From: Ignavibacteriota bacterium
GTDB taxonomy: Bacteria; Bacteroidota; Ignavibacteria; UBA10030; CAVZMI01
Length of the DNA stretch: 64,000 nucleotides
Direction: 5' to 3'
Assembly: GCA_963776275.1 (NCBI GenBank)
Contig: CAVZMI010000008.1
Coordinates: 1-64,000 of the forward strand
Part shown: positions 52,466 to 63,052 of the stretch, piece after piece
Position numbering within the stretch: the first letter of the stretch is position 1
Layout of the letters: each line of letters opens with the position of its first letter
The notes under the pieces: generated by a model
Told to the model about the DNA's origin: nothing
The model's database searches: none
The model's input: the letters and a program-made list of their open reading frames with translations, nothing else
Translations under genes and position numbers: made by a program

Positions 52466-53629
52466 TTAGGAAAATGTATCTTTGACCCGTCTCGATGCAT
52501 CGGTATGGCCGACTTTTTTCCTCTCGCCGTCCGACGGCGTAACATTTTCACTTTTTGCCAGGTCCTTCAGCAGCTCTTTTTCTTTTGCATTCAGCTTCGA
52601 TGGAACCCAGATGTAAATCCGGATAAGCTGATCTCCTCTCCCGTAGCTGTTCAGATGCGGTATTCCTTTGTCGCGCATCCGTAAGATTCGACCGGCGGGA
52701 GTACCCGGATCAATTTTCAAACGGGAACGTCCGGTAATCGTCGGAATTTCAATTTCTGTACCGAGAGCCGCTTCAGGAAAACTCAGTAACAGGTCATATA
52801 TAACATCATCGTTGTTCCGATGGAAATATTCATGCGGTTCTTCTTCGATGATGACGATGATGTCGCCTGCAGGACCACCGCGCCGGCCGGCATTTCCCTG
52901 TCCCCGGAGTGGAATATAATTGCCGTCTGCAACGCCTGCCGGGACTGTGACTTTAATGGTTGTTTCACCCTGGACCCGTCCTTCGCCGGTGCACGCCGCA
53001 CAGGGATCTTTTACGATTCGTCCTTCGCCTCCACAGGTGGAGCATGTGCTGATGTTAACGAACTGACCGAACATCGACCGTGATACCTGCCGGATTTCAC
53101 CGGTTCCGCCACATGTCGGACAATTCGAGCGCGCACTTCCCGTTTTTGCTCCTGTACCGTTGCAGTTCTCGCACGACTTCCATTTTTTTATTTTAAGTTT
53201 CTTTTCGACTCCTGTTGCGATTTCTTCAAGCGTTAAACGAAGCCGTACTTTGAGATCCGAACCCGGCGTACCGGCTGTCGTGTGTCTTTGCCGCTGCTGT
53301 CTGCCGCCTCCGAAAACCTCATCGAAAATTCCACCGCCGAAAATATCGCTGAATGAACTGAAGATATCGTTAATGTCCTGAAAGCCGTGGAAGTCGGCAC
53401 CCGGACGCAACCCTTCATGACCGAACTGATCGTACCGGTGGCGTTTCTCGTTATCGCTGAGCACCTCGTACGCTTCTGCAGCCTCCTTAAATTTCTCTTC
53501 CGCTTCCTTATTATTCGGGTTCCGATCAGGATGATACTGTAGTGCCAGTTTGCGATACGCTTTTTTTATTTCTTCAGACGATGAATTCCGGGTGACTCCC
53601 AGAATTTCATAGTAATCTCGTTTTGCCAT
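52466..53629 (-). CDS. dnaJ: Chaperone DnaJ
   Basis: HPD motif; four CxxCxGxG repeats. Confidence 0.99.
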   Translation of the reverse strand: MAKRDYYEILGVTRNSSSEEIKKAYRKLALQYHPDRNPNNKEAEEKFKEAAEAYEVLSDNEKRHRYDQFGHEGLRPGADFHGFQDINDIFSSFSDIFGGGIFDEVFGGGRQQRQRHTTAGTPGSDLKVRLRLTLEEIATGVEKKLKIKKWKSCENCNGTGAKTGSARSNCPTCGGTGEIRQVSRSMFGQFVNISTCSTCGGEGRIVKDPCAACTGEGRVQGETTIKVTVPAGVADGNYIPLRGQGNAGRRGGPAGDIIVIIEEEPHEYFHRNNDDVIYDLLLSFPEAALGTEIEIPTITGRSRLKIDPGTPAGRILRMRDKGIPHLNSYGRGDQLIRIYIWVPSKLNAKEKELLKDLAKSENVTPSDGERKKVGHTDASRRVKDTFS

Positions 53630-53631
53630 GA

Positions 53632-54228
53632 TTATTCTGCAGCCTCATGTGTACTTCCTGATGCTGCCTGAACATCCTGAGGCTCGCTTGCCACGACGAC
53701 CTTTGCATGACGAAGTACTTTATCGAATAGCATGTACCCTTTTTCGACTTCTTCAATAATTGTATGAGGGGCGGCGCCTTCTTTAGGCATCTGCATCAAC
53801 GCATCATGGAAATCGACATCGAATTCCTTGCCGATACATTCCATGGGCGTAACTCCCTGTGCTTCGAGGATTTTCATCAATTTGCCGTATATGAGTTCGA
53901 CTCCCTGAAAGAAGGGACCGAATTCACGTCGATCTTTTCCGCTTTTCATCGACCGTGTAAAGTCGTCGAGGATCGGAAGAAGATCGAGGATAAGTCCTTC
54001 GTTGGCAAATCGACTTATCATCGCCATATCGCCTTCGATCCGTCGCCTGTAATTCTCGAAGTCGGCCGCCTTCCTGAGCAATTGATCTTTTGTGGATTCA
54101 ACCACCTTTTCGAGTTCAGCGATGCGTTTTAATAAAGAATCGGTTTCCGATTCCTGAACCGGAGCCGACTGTTTCTCGCCGTTCGCGACAGATTCTTTTC
54201 CGTTTGTCTCTGTATGTTCATCCACCAT
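53632..54228 (-). CDS. grpE: Nucleotide exchange factor GrpE
   Basis: [19 protein letters not shown]. Confidence 0.97.
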   Translation of the reverse strand: MVDEHTETNGKESVANGEKQSAPVQESETDSLLKRIAELEKVVESTKDQLLRKAADFENYRRRIEGDMAMISRFANEGLILDLLPILDDFTRSMKSGKDRREFGPFFQGVELIYGKLMKILEAQGVTPMECIGKEFDVDFHDALMQMPKEGAAPHTIIEEVEKGYMLFDKVLRHAKVVVASEPQDVQAASGSTHEAAE

Positions 54229-54282
54229 GAATTGCCCTCTTAAAATGTATAACAATATTCATCGGAAAACGCACGATGCAGA

Positions 54283-55311
54283 TTAACTCAGCATCGACGA
54301 GATAGTACGTGCGATATAATCGACCAGAGGAACTACCTTCGGATAATTCATTCGCTTCGGTCCTATTATGCATACCGATCCGTTGACATCGGCAACAGAA
54401 TAGTCGGTCGTCAATATGCTGTAATGCTTCAGTGCTTCATCACTATTTTCCGATCCGATGGAAACGCCAACGTCGCCGACTTTCAAATCCTTTTTCTCCA
54501 GTACATGAATAATCATCTGTTGATTGTCAAGCAGCTCGATGATACTCCGGAAATTTTCCGGGTGCTCGAACTCGGGTTGCGAGAGTATGTCGCGGGTTCC
54601 ACCGATATGGACTTTCTCAACTTCGGGAACGTCGTCAAAAAGTTTATCGACAGAATCAATAAAAAGACGGACAAGGCCGGTCTGCTCTGTCGAAATATCT
54701 TTCATTCGATCAAAAAAGGTATTTCTGATCTCCATTAATGTGAGACCGGACAACCGCCCGTTCATGATTTGTGCCAGCTCATCCAATTTCTCCCGTCGAA
54801 TTTCACTCAACACTTCCATGGTAATTGTCTTTACCAGTCCTGCTTTCAACGATATCACGACCATGATCTTACTGCTGCTGAGAGGAATCAGCTCGAGCTT
54901 TTCGAAAATTCCGCTGGCGAAGTGAGGAGAAGTAATAATGCTCAGCTGGTGCGAAATTCGTCCGAGTATTTTCGAGCTTTCGCGGAGCAGTTCTTCCGGA
55001 TCGTCGACAGGGGAGAGGATTTGTTGGATACTGTCCTGTTCGCTCTCCTGAAGGTGTTCGACCTCCATCAAATAATCAACGTAGAACCGATATCCTCTAT
55101 CTGTGGGCATTCTCCCGGCCGATGTATGAGGATGGTTAAGATATCCCATAAACTCCAGATCGGCCATGACGTTGCGAATGGTAGCCGGACTTAATCCTAT
55201 GTCCAGGTATTTTGCTATCCACCGTGATCCGACCGGTATTGCTGTCTGGATATAATTGTGGACGATATACCGGAGAATTGTCCGTTCTCTCTCGGAAAGT
55301 GCTTCAGCCAT
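54283..55311 (-). CDS. hrcA: Heat-inducible repressor HrcA
   Basis: SPATIRN, PHTSAGRMPT, GPKRMNY. Confidence 0.98.
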   Translation of the reverse strand: MAEALSERERTILRYIVHNYIQTAIPVGSRWIAKYLDIGLSPATIRNVMADLEFMGYLNHPHTSAGRMPTDRGYRFYVDYLMEVEHLQESEQDSIQQILSPVDDPEELLRESSKILGRISHQLSIITSPHFASGIFEKLELIPLSSSKIMVVISLKAGLVKTITMEVLSEIRREKLDELAQIMNGRLSGLTLMEIRNTFFDRMKDISTEQTGLVRLFIDSVDKLFDDVPEVEKVHIGGTRDILSQPEFEHPENFRSIIELLDNQQMIIHVLEKKDLKVGDVGVSIGSENSDEALKHYSILTTDYSVADVNGSVCIIGPKRMNYPKVVPLVDYIARTISSMLS

Positions 55312-55340
55312 AAATGCTCATCCCACCATAAATTCTATTA

Positions 55341-55369
55341 AAAATACCAAATTTTGGGCAGTTTGTCAA
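55341..55369 (-). promoter_or_regulatory. hrcA promoter
   Basis: TTGACA-17bp-TATTTT. Confidence 0.6.
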
Positions 55370-55567
55370 CTTGCTTCTGAGTGCGTGCTTTCGTAATTTC
55401 ATCCACTTTGAAGAACATATGTGATATCGTTTTTGTTACATTATATAGAAGTATTCATTGATCATAAAAGGGTCTGAAAATAAAATAAGTTCTTAGTATT
55501 TAAGAATGTAACCATAAATCGTTCTATATGGAAAGGGGTTAGGAAAGAATTTCATTAGAGCATATTC

Positions 55568-55861
55568 ATGGCATACACGTACATTCTCCGATGCTCAGAT
55601 GGCACATATTATACCGGTAGTACAATTGATCTGGAGAAACGGTTAAAAGAGCACAATTCTGGTTATGGTGCGAATTTTACGGCAAATAGATTACCTGTAG
55701 AGTTAAACTATTTCGAAGAATTTTTGGGTGTCAGTAAGGCCTTCGATAGAGAGAAACAGATTCAACGATGGTCCAGGAGAAAAAAAGAAGCTTTGGTAAG
55801 TGGTAGAAAAAAAGAATTGTCAAAACTCGCACATAAAAGATGGTATCGTAGAAGAAGTTGA
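55568..55861 (+). CDS. Small stand-alone GIY-YIG nuclease
   Basis: [33 protein letters not shown]. Confidence 0.92.
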   Translation: MAYTYILRCSDGTYYTGSTIDLEKRLKEHNSGYGANFTANRLPVELNYFEEFLGVSKAFDREKQIQRWSRRKKEALVSGRKKELSKLAHKRWYRRRS

Positions 55862-55898
55862 GCCTCACCGGCACGTCGATTGAGTCGCTGTTGATAAC

Positions 55899-56271
55899 GG
55901 TGGCCTCGATATGGCTGTCTAAATGGCTATTTAACTCGGCCACCTGGCTGTATGAAAATCGTAGTGGCCTCGATATGGCATTAGAAAAGGCAAATAAACT
56001 CGGCCACCTGGCTGTATGAAAATCGTGGTGGTCTCGATACTAGCCCTGAGTTCGCCGGAGGCGGATCGAGGAGTGGCAGAAGAAAAGGTAAATTAACTTA
56101 GCCACCTGACTGTTGATGCCGAGATGAGAAATAAATAGCCAGGTTACCGAGTCTCGTGGTGAGTCCCTCGACAGGCTCGGGACAAGCTTGCTTGCCGTGA
56201 GTTTACCTGCCGTGAGCTTGTCGAACGGTCGAACCATAAACTGCAATCTCGACAGCCATATCGAGGTAACC
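55899..56271. repeat. Four palindromic elements (three direct, one inverted) with nested hairpins
   Basis: GGTGGCCTCGATA-variable-ACTCGGCCACCTGGCT three times; inverted AGCCAGGTTACCGAGT..TATCGAGGTAACC. Confidence 0.9.
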
Positions 56272-56319
56272 TTTTAGTAATGAAGAAAAAAATCAGAGTA
56301 TCCAACAGAAAGAAAAGAA

Positions 56320-57279
56320 ATGACTGATAATTTATTAATAGATAAAGCCAACATACGGTTGGATTTTGAATCAGAAATTAAGCGGTTAAAGCGCGAGTTA
56401 AATGCCGTTATCCTCGCGCATTATTATCAGGAATCTGAAATCCAGGATGTTGCGGATCATGTGGGCGATAGTCTTGAGCTCGCAAAGAAAGCCGCTCAGA
56501 CGAATGCCGACGTCATTGTTTTTGCAGGCGTCCATTTTATGGCTGAGACGGCAAAAATACTCAATCCGTCAAAGCAGGTTCTGTTACCCGACTTGAAAGC
56601 GGGATGTTCGCTCGCCGAAAGCGCCCCGGCCGATGATTTCAGGAAATTTCGCATGGAACATCCCGACCATGTAGCGATCACGTACATCAACTGTACTGCG
56701 GAAGTAAAAGCACTCAGCGATATTATCTGTACATCAAGCAGCGCCGAAAAAATAATCAGGCAAATACCGCCTGAGAAACCCATCCTCTTTGCACCCGATA
56801 GGAATCTCGGCGCGTATCTCAGGAAAAAAACCGGACGTGATATGCTCCTGTGGCAGGGAATATGTATCGTCCATGAGGCGTACAGCGAAAAGAAAATCCG
56901 GCAGTTGAAGCTCGAGAATCCGACGGCAAAGCTCATAGCCCATCCGGAATGCGAAGATATTGTACTCGCTCAGGCCGAATTTATCGGCTCGACGAGTGCA
57001 CTGTTGAAGTATGTTCAATCGAGCCCGGAGAATGAATTTATCGTTGCAACCGAACCCGGAATTATCCACCAGATGGAGAAAGCATGCCCGGGGAAGAAAT
57101 TCGTCTCGGCACCGCAGGACGAGTCGTGTGCATGCAACGTCTGTCCGCACATGAAACTAAACACAATGGAGAAGCTTTACCTTTGTATGAAGAACCGCTC
57201 ACCGGAAATTATCATGGATGAAGAGCTCCGCCAGCGCGCCCTTATTCCGATTCAGCGTATGATGGAAATGACTGCCTGA
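56320..57279 (+). CDS. nadA: Quinolinate synthase
   Basis: AHYYQ, GVHFMAE, AGCSL, CIVH, HPEC, CPHM. Confidence 0.98.
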   Translation: MTDNLLIDKANIRLDFESEIKRLKRELNAVILAHYYQESEIQDVADHVGDSLELAKKAAQTNADVIVFAGVHFMAETAKILNPSKQVLLPDLKAGCSLAESAPADDFRKFRMEHPDHVAITYINCTAEVKALSDIICTSSSAEKIIRQIPPEKPILFAPDRNLGAYLRKKTGRDMLLWQGICIVHEAYSEKKIRQLKLENPTAKLIAHPECEDIVLAQAEFIGSTSALLKYVQSSPENEFIVATEPGIIHQMEKACPGKKFVSAPQDESCACNVCPHMKLNTMEKLYLCMKNRSPEIIMDEELRQRALIPIQRMMEMTA

Positions 57280-57319
57280 TACCGCTTCCGCCAACCCCAC
57301 TGGCCCCACAGCCCCACAG

Positions 57320-57504
57320 GGGAACGTGGGGCGTGAAGAGCACGAAATCGTGGGACGTGAATCTCACTGGGGAACGTGAGACGGAAAAGAACGGAGCACG
57401 AGAACGTGGGACGTAAATCCCACAGACAACGTGGGACGAAGAAGATCGAAACACGAAATCCTTCGACTCGTCCCGCATCCTGCGCGGGACTCGCTCAGGA
57501 CAAG
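57320..57504. repeat. Degenerate ACGTGGG/CACGA short repeats plus a TC-bulge hairpin
   Basis: Repeated (A)CGTGGGACG; ATCCTTCGACTCGTCCCGC..GCGGGACTCGCTCAGGACAAG. Confidence 0.65.
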
Positions 57505-57588
57505 ACGGCGGACAGGTCGCGGTACTATGCCCCAACGGGTCGTAGACCCTTCATTTGTAGGTTTAATTGGTTGGAGGGGCACTTGTAT

Positions 57589-58737
57589 TCATGCGACATA
57601 CCGGTGCTGCATGTATGCATGCAAATTACGTACATCAGTGTAATGCTCAAAAAGCTGATTTAGAATTTTTGTCCACCCGAATTCCTGCGCTCGAAAGAGT
57701 GCAGCGGCTGCCATTGAAGCACGCCGGTCAGGATGATCAAGAAGGAATTCAACCTCTTGTGCCATATCTGCAGGATCGTGTGGAAGCGCGAATAATCCTG
57801 AAATTCCTTCCTGTATGATCCCGACAGCACCGCCAATTTTTGCCGCAACCGGCACGGCTCCAGAGGCCATCGCTTCAATTGTGACAAGTCCGAATGTCTC
57901 CGTCGTCGATGGGAACACGAAAATATCAGATGACGCATAACTTTGCGCAAGTTTCTGACCGCTCTGGTAGCCCAGGAATTTAGCTCGCGGCATCATCGCT
58001 TCGAATTCGGTGCGGGCATAGCCGTCGCCAATAACAACCATCTCAAAATCATTTCTTTTATTTTTCAGAATATTGTACATCCTGGCGAGGTCGGCCAGAT
58101 CCTTTTCCCACACCAATCGGCTGACGAATAGCACAATCGGTTTATCGGTATCCGGCGTGATTCCTTTTCGCCATTCTTCGGAACGGTTTTTCGGATTGAA
58201 AAGAGTCAGATCGACGCCGTTCGGCAGAAATCTGAGTCCGTGAATATCATGTGCCGAAAGTTCCTCGAGGATTGGGAGTGCGGGCACGAAAGTACGATCG
58301 ACATTATTATAGAAATGTTTCATGATTTTCCATGTGAGGCTTTCAAATCCCTGCAGGTTGTAGTACTGTGTATATGCTGGGAAATGTGTGTGGTATGTTG
58401 CAACGGCAGGAATATTGAAATCCCTGGCATAGACTCTCGCTACAAAGCCGAGCGGACACGGACTGTTGATGTGAAGAATATCCGGTTGAAACTCGCGGAG
58501 TTGTTTTGCGAATGTCTGATAGCATGGGAATGCAACGCGATAAACTTTTTGCAGCGGTAGAGCGATGGAAGGCACCTGTACCATCGGTACGATACGATCT
58601 TCCGGCTTGGGTAGTGTCGAAGTAACTGCCATAACCTGATGGCCGCGCTCGCGGGCGCCGTCGATCATTTTATAGATGACCTGTGTGACGCCGTCCTGTC
58701 CCCGCTTCATATTCGCATTGAAATAGGCGATGTTCAT
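57589..58737 (-). CDS. Glycosyltransferase family 4
   Basis: YHTHF, NGVD, SRLVWEK, FPSTTETFGLVTIEAMASG. Confidence 0.93.
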   Translation of the reverse strand: MNIAYFNANMKRGQDGVTQVIYKMIDGARERGHQVMAVTSTLPKPEDRIVPMVQVPSIALPLQKVYRVAFPCYQTFAKQLREFQPDILHINSPCPLGFVARVYARDFNIPAVATYHTHFPAYTQYYNLQGFESLTWKIMKHFYNNVDRTFVPALPILEELSAHDIHGLRFLPNGVDLTLFNPKNRSEEWRKGITPDTDKPIVLFVSRLVWEKDLADLARMYNILKNKRNDFEMVVIGDGYARTEFEAMMPRAKFLGYQSGQKLAQSYASSDIFVFPSTTETFGLVTIEAMASGAVPVAAKIGGAVGIIQEGISGLFALPHDPADMAQEVEFLLDHPDRRASMAAAALFRAQEFGWTKILNQLFEHYTDVRNLHAYMQHRYVA

Positions 58738-58927
58738 TTAGGTGGCTCCTTTCTTCGGTGAAACACAAAATATAAGAGCTCTTATTTTGGTATACGGGTG
58801 GTTAGGGGAAAGGTTATAGAGAAGAAAAGACAAGAAAAATGGGCGCGCTTCTACATTTATAATGTGTTCAGGAAGATGTCACTCCCTCTGGGGGAGCGGC
58901 ATCTTGATATGTCCAGTGTATTTCCCC

Positions 58928-58956
58928 TTGACTTATTATGGGCATATGCCTATATT
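58928..58956 (+). promoter_or_regulatory. Promoter with palindromic operator
   Basis: TTGACT-17bp-TATATT with GGCATATGCC in the spacer. Confidence 0.75.
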
Positions 58957-58976
58957 GAATACACCAAGGAGGAAAA

Positions 58977-59282
58977 ATGTCGAGACCTAAATGCTGCCGA
59001 AGAATCGGGTGTGTTCCCGGTGTGAGCTACTATAAACCGAGAGGAATACCCCTTTCAGAATTGGAAGAGATTCATCTTACGCTGGATGAATTTGAAGCGA
59101 TACGACTTGCCGACTACGGCGAGTTGTATCAGGAAGATGCCGCCCGCAAGATGGATATTTCGCGCCAGACGTTCGGACGCATCATCGATTCGGCCCATAA
59201 AAAAATCGCCGATACATTGCTCCATGGAAAGGCGCTACGGATTGAAGGAGGCGAGGTTCAACTCGCCAAAAATATTATTTAG
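58977..59282 (+). CDS. DUF134 DNA-binding protein
   Basis: MSRPKCCR, EFEAIRLAD, MDISRQTF, RIEGG. Confidence 0.93.
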   Translation: MSRPKCCRRIGCVPGVSYYKPRGIPLSELEEIHLTLDEFEAIRLADYGELYQEDAARKMDISRQTFGRIIDSAHKKIADTLLHGKALRIEGGEVQLAKNII

Positions 59283-59306
59283 AAACAAAAATAAAAGGAT
59301 AGAATT

Positions 59307-59660
59307 ATGAAAATAGCATTACCAACGAATCGGAACATGGTGGACGATCATTTCGGCCATTGTGAATTTTTTACGGTGTTTACCATTGATGGCAAAAATG
59401 TGATTCTGTCGGAAGAAATAGTACAATCACCGGCCGGCTGCGGCTGTAAATCGAACATCGTACAGACGCTTTCACAGCTGGGTGTAACGACGATGCTGGC
59501 GGGAAATATGGGAACGGGAGCCGTCAATGTTCTCAGCAGCTGCGGAATCAACGTAGTCCGCGGATGTTCCGGGAACGTCCGGACGGTCGTTCAACAGTGG
59601 ATCGACGGACTGGTGAAAGATTCGGCCATTCAGTGTAAGCATGACCGTCATGATGAATGA
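59307..59660 (+). CDS. NifB/NifX-family FeMo-cofactor-binding-like protein
   Basis: KIALP, HFGHC, GNMGTGA. Confidence 0.9.
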   Translation: MKIALPTNRNMVDDHFGHCEFFTVFTIDGKNVILSEEIVQSPAGCGCKSNIVQTLSQLGVTTMLAGNMGTGAVNVLSSCGINVVRGCSGNVRTVVQQWIDGLVKDSAIQCKHDRHDE

Positions 59661-59715
59661 CGGCAACCTGAACTGCACAATTCCGCCTGCGATGAGTTCA
59701 ATGGAGCCATTGTTG

Positions 59716-59856
59716 CTAAATTTTTAATACCATACCGGCGTAACCCGGATTTATCTTATCGCCCAATTCTGCCCGGTAAAAAGAAACCGCCTCATCACCG
59801 GTGCAGTGGCATGGGATAATTGTTTCGACATCCCATTCCCGCAACGCCCGGTGACA
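59716..59856 (-). pseudogene. MBL-fold metallohydrolase (COG1237-like) C-terminal remnant
   Basis: RALREWDVETIIPCHCTGDEAVSFYRAELGDKINPGYAGMVLKI*, preceded by an in-frame stop. Confidence 0.7.
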
Positions 59857-59955
59857 CTATGGGATGTTTATGGTGTCCAACGTAGTCAGAACATGTCTGT
59901 CCGGAATTCCTCACGGCAAGTCGAATAAAAAAGTAGGTAATTAGCAAAAAATAAA

Positions 59956-59984
59956 TTGTCATTTGCAGAATAGTGTGCTACATT
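59956..59984 (+). promoter_or_regulatory. nikR promoter with GTGCTAC motif
   Basis: TTGTCA-17bp-TACATT. Confidence 0.55.
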
Positions 59985-60011
59985 ATACATCAATTGAGGC
60001 GTGAGGTTCTT

Positions 60012-60485
60012 ATGAACAAACTCATACGATTCGGTATTTCGATGGAGGACGACCTCCTTCATCAATTCGATCGTCTCATAGCCCACAAAGGATACACCAA
60101 CCGTTCAGAAGCTGTTCGGGATATTGTGCGGGATAAACTTGTGGAAGAGAGCATTGAGACTGAGCACGGCAATGTCTTCGGCGCTTTGGTATTTATCTAT
60201 GATCATCACAAGCAGGAATTAGAAAAATTGTTGTCCAATCTCCAGCATGATTACTTCCATAACATTATTTCCACTTCTCACGTCCATGTTGACCATGACC
60301 ACTGTCTTGAAGTCGTGTTGCTCAAGGGCAAAGCAAAGATCTTGAAGAACATCGCAGAAAAGCTACTCAGTTTCAAAGGGGTTGAGCATGGCAGATTAAC
60401 ATTAACGACTGCGCTGCAGCCGGCTGCACATCTCCAACATTCCCCCGTATCAGGAAAACCTCACAAGCATCATCAAGGGAAATAA
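60012..60485 (+). CDS. nikR: Nickel-responsive regulator
   Basis: RFGISM, NRSEAVRD, YDHH, QH, HVHVDHDHCLEV. Confidence 0.96.
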   Translation: MNKLIRFGISMEDDLLHQFDRLIAHKGYTNRSEAVRDIVRDKLVEESIETEHGNVFGALVFIYDHHKQELEKLLSNLQHDYFHNIISTSHVHVDHDHCLEVVLLKGKAKILKNIAEKLLSFKGVEHGRLTLTTALQPAAHLQHSPVSGKPHKHHQGK

Positions 60486-60538
60486 CCCTTCGGACGCTCT
60501 GTAATCTGAGTCATTACCGTTCTCGTCACAGAATTATC

Positions 60539-60576
60539 TTGCTTTTACAGTAACACATATTTATATTTAGTAGCAC
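60539..60576 (+). promoter_or_regulatory. TonB receptor promoter with candidate NikR half-sites
   Basis: TTGCTT-17bp-TATATT; GTAACAC (60550) and GTAGCAC (60570). Confidence 0.55.
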
Positions 60577-60625
60577 GATTCATCAGAACAAAAAGGATAT
60601 GTTATAAGAAAAGGAACACATCATC

Positions 60626-62470
60626 ATGCGCGTTCAAGCTATCTTGGTTATGACTTTTATCTTCACAACGCTTTTGTTTGCAGAAGGGAAACCGGATTCC
60701 GATACAACAAAAACTTATTTTCTCGATCCGGTAACAGTGACGGCAACACGCACCACAGTAGCTCGTAGCCTTGTCGCTCCATCCATTAGTATCATTCCAC
60801 AGGAAGTTCTCACAGCCAACCCGGGAAAATCCATTCTCTCGTTGGTGAGCCAGCAAGTGCCGGGTGTTTTTGTGCAAGAACGCGGCATTCTTGGTTTTGG
60901 TGTTTCTACTTCGAAAGCAGGCGAAGTATCGATTCGTGGGATTGGCGGCAGCCCAAACACACAAGTGTTGATGATGATCGATGGACGCCCGCAATTTATG
61001 GGTTTAATGGGTCATCCACTGGGGGATAGCTATCTCTCTGCAAGTGCAGAACGGATCGAAGTGATACGCGGGCCGGCGTCTGTTCTCTATGGGTCAAATG
61101 CAATGGGCGGGGTCATTAACATTATCACGCATTCCGCACAGAAGCCGGGGGTATCGGGAGATGCTTCTCTCTCGTATGGTTCATTCAACTCACAGCATCT
61201 GGGAGGGAAAGTCGGATACCGGGCTGAAGAGTGGAACGCTCTTGTTTCCTTCACACACGAGCATACCGATGGACACCGACCTCAGTCAGAGTTTAACGCC
61301 AACAGCGGTTACCTGAAGGCTACAACAAAATTGAATGAACAGTTTTCAGTAACAATCGATGGAAGCTTGACAGGGTTTACAACCTACGACCCGGGTACGA
61401 TCTATGCCCCAAAAACAAAAAATAATTATGTTGATATTCAGCGCGGATATACCGGCATATCCATAGACAATGACCTCGGAGAGGCAAAAGGCTCAACGAG
61501 GTTTGTTTATAACTTCGGGCACAATGAAGTGTTCGACGGAACTAATTGGATCTCCAATGACTATAATGCGATCTTCACGGTCTATCAAACACTCAATCTC
61601 CTTCGTGACAACGCTATCACTGTGGGTTTTGATTATAATAAGTTTGGCGGTAACGGAAAAAATAATACAAAAGATTACGGTGCTCCTTCAGTTTATGAAT
61701 ATGCGCTCTATGCTAACGTACAGCACATATTACTGGGACGGTTAGTGTTAAATGGCGGATTGCGTTACGATCGCAATGAACTCTTCGGAACGGAAATTGT
61801 ACCGCAAGTCGGTGCATCGTGCCGGGTAAGCGATGAAACGACCCTCCGCGCTTCTGTCTCGAAGAGATTCCGAAGTCCAACCATTCGTGAGTTATATCTT
61901 TTTCCTGCTCCGACACCGACTCTTCAACCTGAACGGTTATGGAATTATGAAATCGGTGCAACGCAAACTATCAGCGACCGATTCTCCGGCGAGTTAACGG
62001 TGTTTCAATCTGAAGCGCAAAATATTATTCTTACAACCGGACAATACCCAAATATGATGCTGTCGAACTCGGGTTCATTTATTTTTCGTGGAATTGAGTT
62101 CGCGAGCACATATCTACCGTCGGTCGATAACATGCAATTACATGCCAGCTACAGCTTCTTTGATGGAAGCGCACAGACTCCATTGTCACCAAAACACAAA
62201 ATATTTTTAGAGGCGCAATATCGATATGATATTGTATCATTGGATCTTTCCGTTCACCATATCGAAACTCTGTATAGTGTGGATAGTCGAAACATGTTAC
62301 AACTTCTGCCTAACTATTCGGTGGTAAACGCGCGTATCTCCGTACGCGTACAGCCGAGATTCTCTGTCTCACTTTCCTTCAACAATTTACTAGATGAGAA
62401 TTACCAGACAATGTATGGGTATCCTATGCCGGGAAGAACTGTGAATATTGGTGCGCAGGCATCTCTCTAA
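60626..62470 (+). CDS. TonB-dependent receptor
   Basis: VTVTATR, IEVIRGPASVLYGSNAMGGVINII, NNLLD, PMPGR. Confidence 0.95.
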   Translation: MRVQAILVMTFIFTTLLFAEGKPDSDTTKTYFLDPVTVTATRTTVARSLVAPSISIIPQEVLTANPGKSILSLVSQQVPGVFVQERGILGFGVSTSKAGEVSIRGIGGSPNTQVLMMIDGRPQFMGLMGHPLGDSYLSASAERIEVIRGPASVLYGSNAMGGVINIITHSAQKPGVSGDASLSYGSFNSQHLGGKVGYRAEEWNALVSFTHEHTDGHRPQSEFNANSGYLKATTKLNEQFSVTIDGSLTGFTTYDPGTIYAPKTKNNYVDIQRGYTGISIDNDLGEAKGSTRFVYNFGHNEVFDGTNWISNDYNAIFTVYQTLNLLRDNAITVGFDYNKFGGNGKNNTKDYGAPSVYEYALYANVQHILLGRLVLNGGLRYDRNELFGTEIVPQVGASCRVSDETTLRASVSKRFRSPTIRELYLFPAPTPTLQPERLWNYEIGATQTISDRFSGELTVFQSEAQNIILTTGQYPNMMLSNSGSFIFRGIEFASTYLPSVDNMQLHASYSFFDGSAQTPLSPKHKIFLEAQYRYDIVSLDLSVHHIETLYSVDSRNMLQLLPNYSVVNARISVRVQPRFSVSLSFNNLLDENYQTMYGYPMPGRTVNIGAQASL

Positions 62471-62557
62471 AGAGAAGAGTTTATCCAAAGACCGTCGTTT
62501 GCATACTAGACAGGAGCGACAGTTGATTTTATAAATTAATATCAGAAAGGATTTCTT

Positions 62558-63052
62558 ATGAATACCACCGTCGCTGTTGCTGACCGAATTACAACCCAGC
62601 ATAGAGTTCTCTTGACCGTTCTTGCCATCGGACTTGGCGTCACATTGCCGCGCATCTTTCATTTGTTTGGGTTTGGACATATTTTTCTACCGATGTTTCT
62701 GCCCATCGTTATCCTTGGCTCCATGGTAAGCATTCCTTTTTTGCTTAGTGCGTCCGTTGTTACGCCGTTTCTTTCGACTCTTCTCTTCGGAATGCCGATG
62801 TGGACAGTGACACCTGTGCTTGCCGTGCAATTGACAATTGTAGGAACGATGCAGTGGATGCTGTGGCAGACAAAGCTTCCTGTGTGGACAATCGCTCCGG
62901 CATCGATTCTGACGGAGCGAATGCTTACCATCGGAACGTCGTTGCTGATACCATCACTCGGGATATCAAGCGCAGCGATTCTGGTTTCGTATCCCGGAGT
63001 GATTTTGCTTTCAGTCGCCGGAATTATCGGGGCAAAGATGTATGGCCGCTGA
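62558..63052 (+). CDS. ECF transporter S-component-like membrane protein
   Basis: LPRIFH..FLPMFLP..TPFLS..FGMP. Confidence 0.7.
   Translation: MNTTVAVADRITTQHRVLLTVLAIGLGVTLPRIFHLFGFGHIFLPMFLPIVILGSMVSIPFLLSASVVTPFLSTLLFGMPMWTVTPVLAVQLTIVGTMQWMLWQTKLPVWTIAPASILTERMLTIGTSLLIPSLGISSAAILVSYPGVILLSVAGIIGAKMYGR

Noticed and set aside
52466-55311. dnaK missing from hrcA-grpE-dnaJ
   Set aside because: dnaK is often encoded elsewhere; absence from this window is not informative
55312-55420. CIRCE operator upstream of hrcA
   Set aside because: Only a GCACTC half is visible; no TTAGCACTC-N9-GAGTGCTAA
55899-56112. Mini-CRISPR next to a nuclease
   Set aside because: The variable parts are hairpin loops that resemble each other or contain nested repeats, and the linkers are identical
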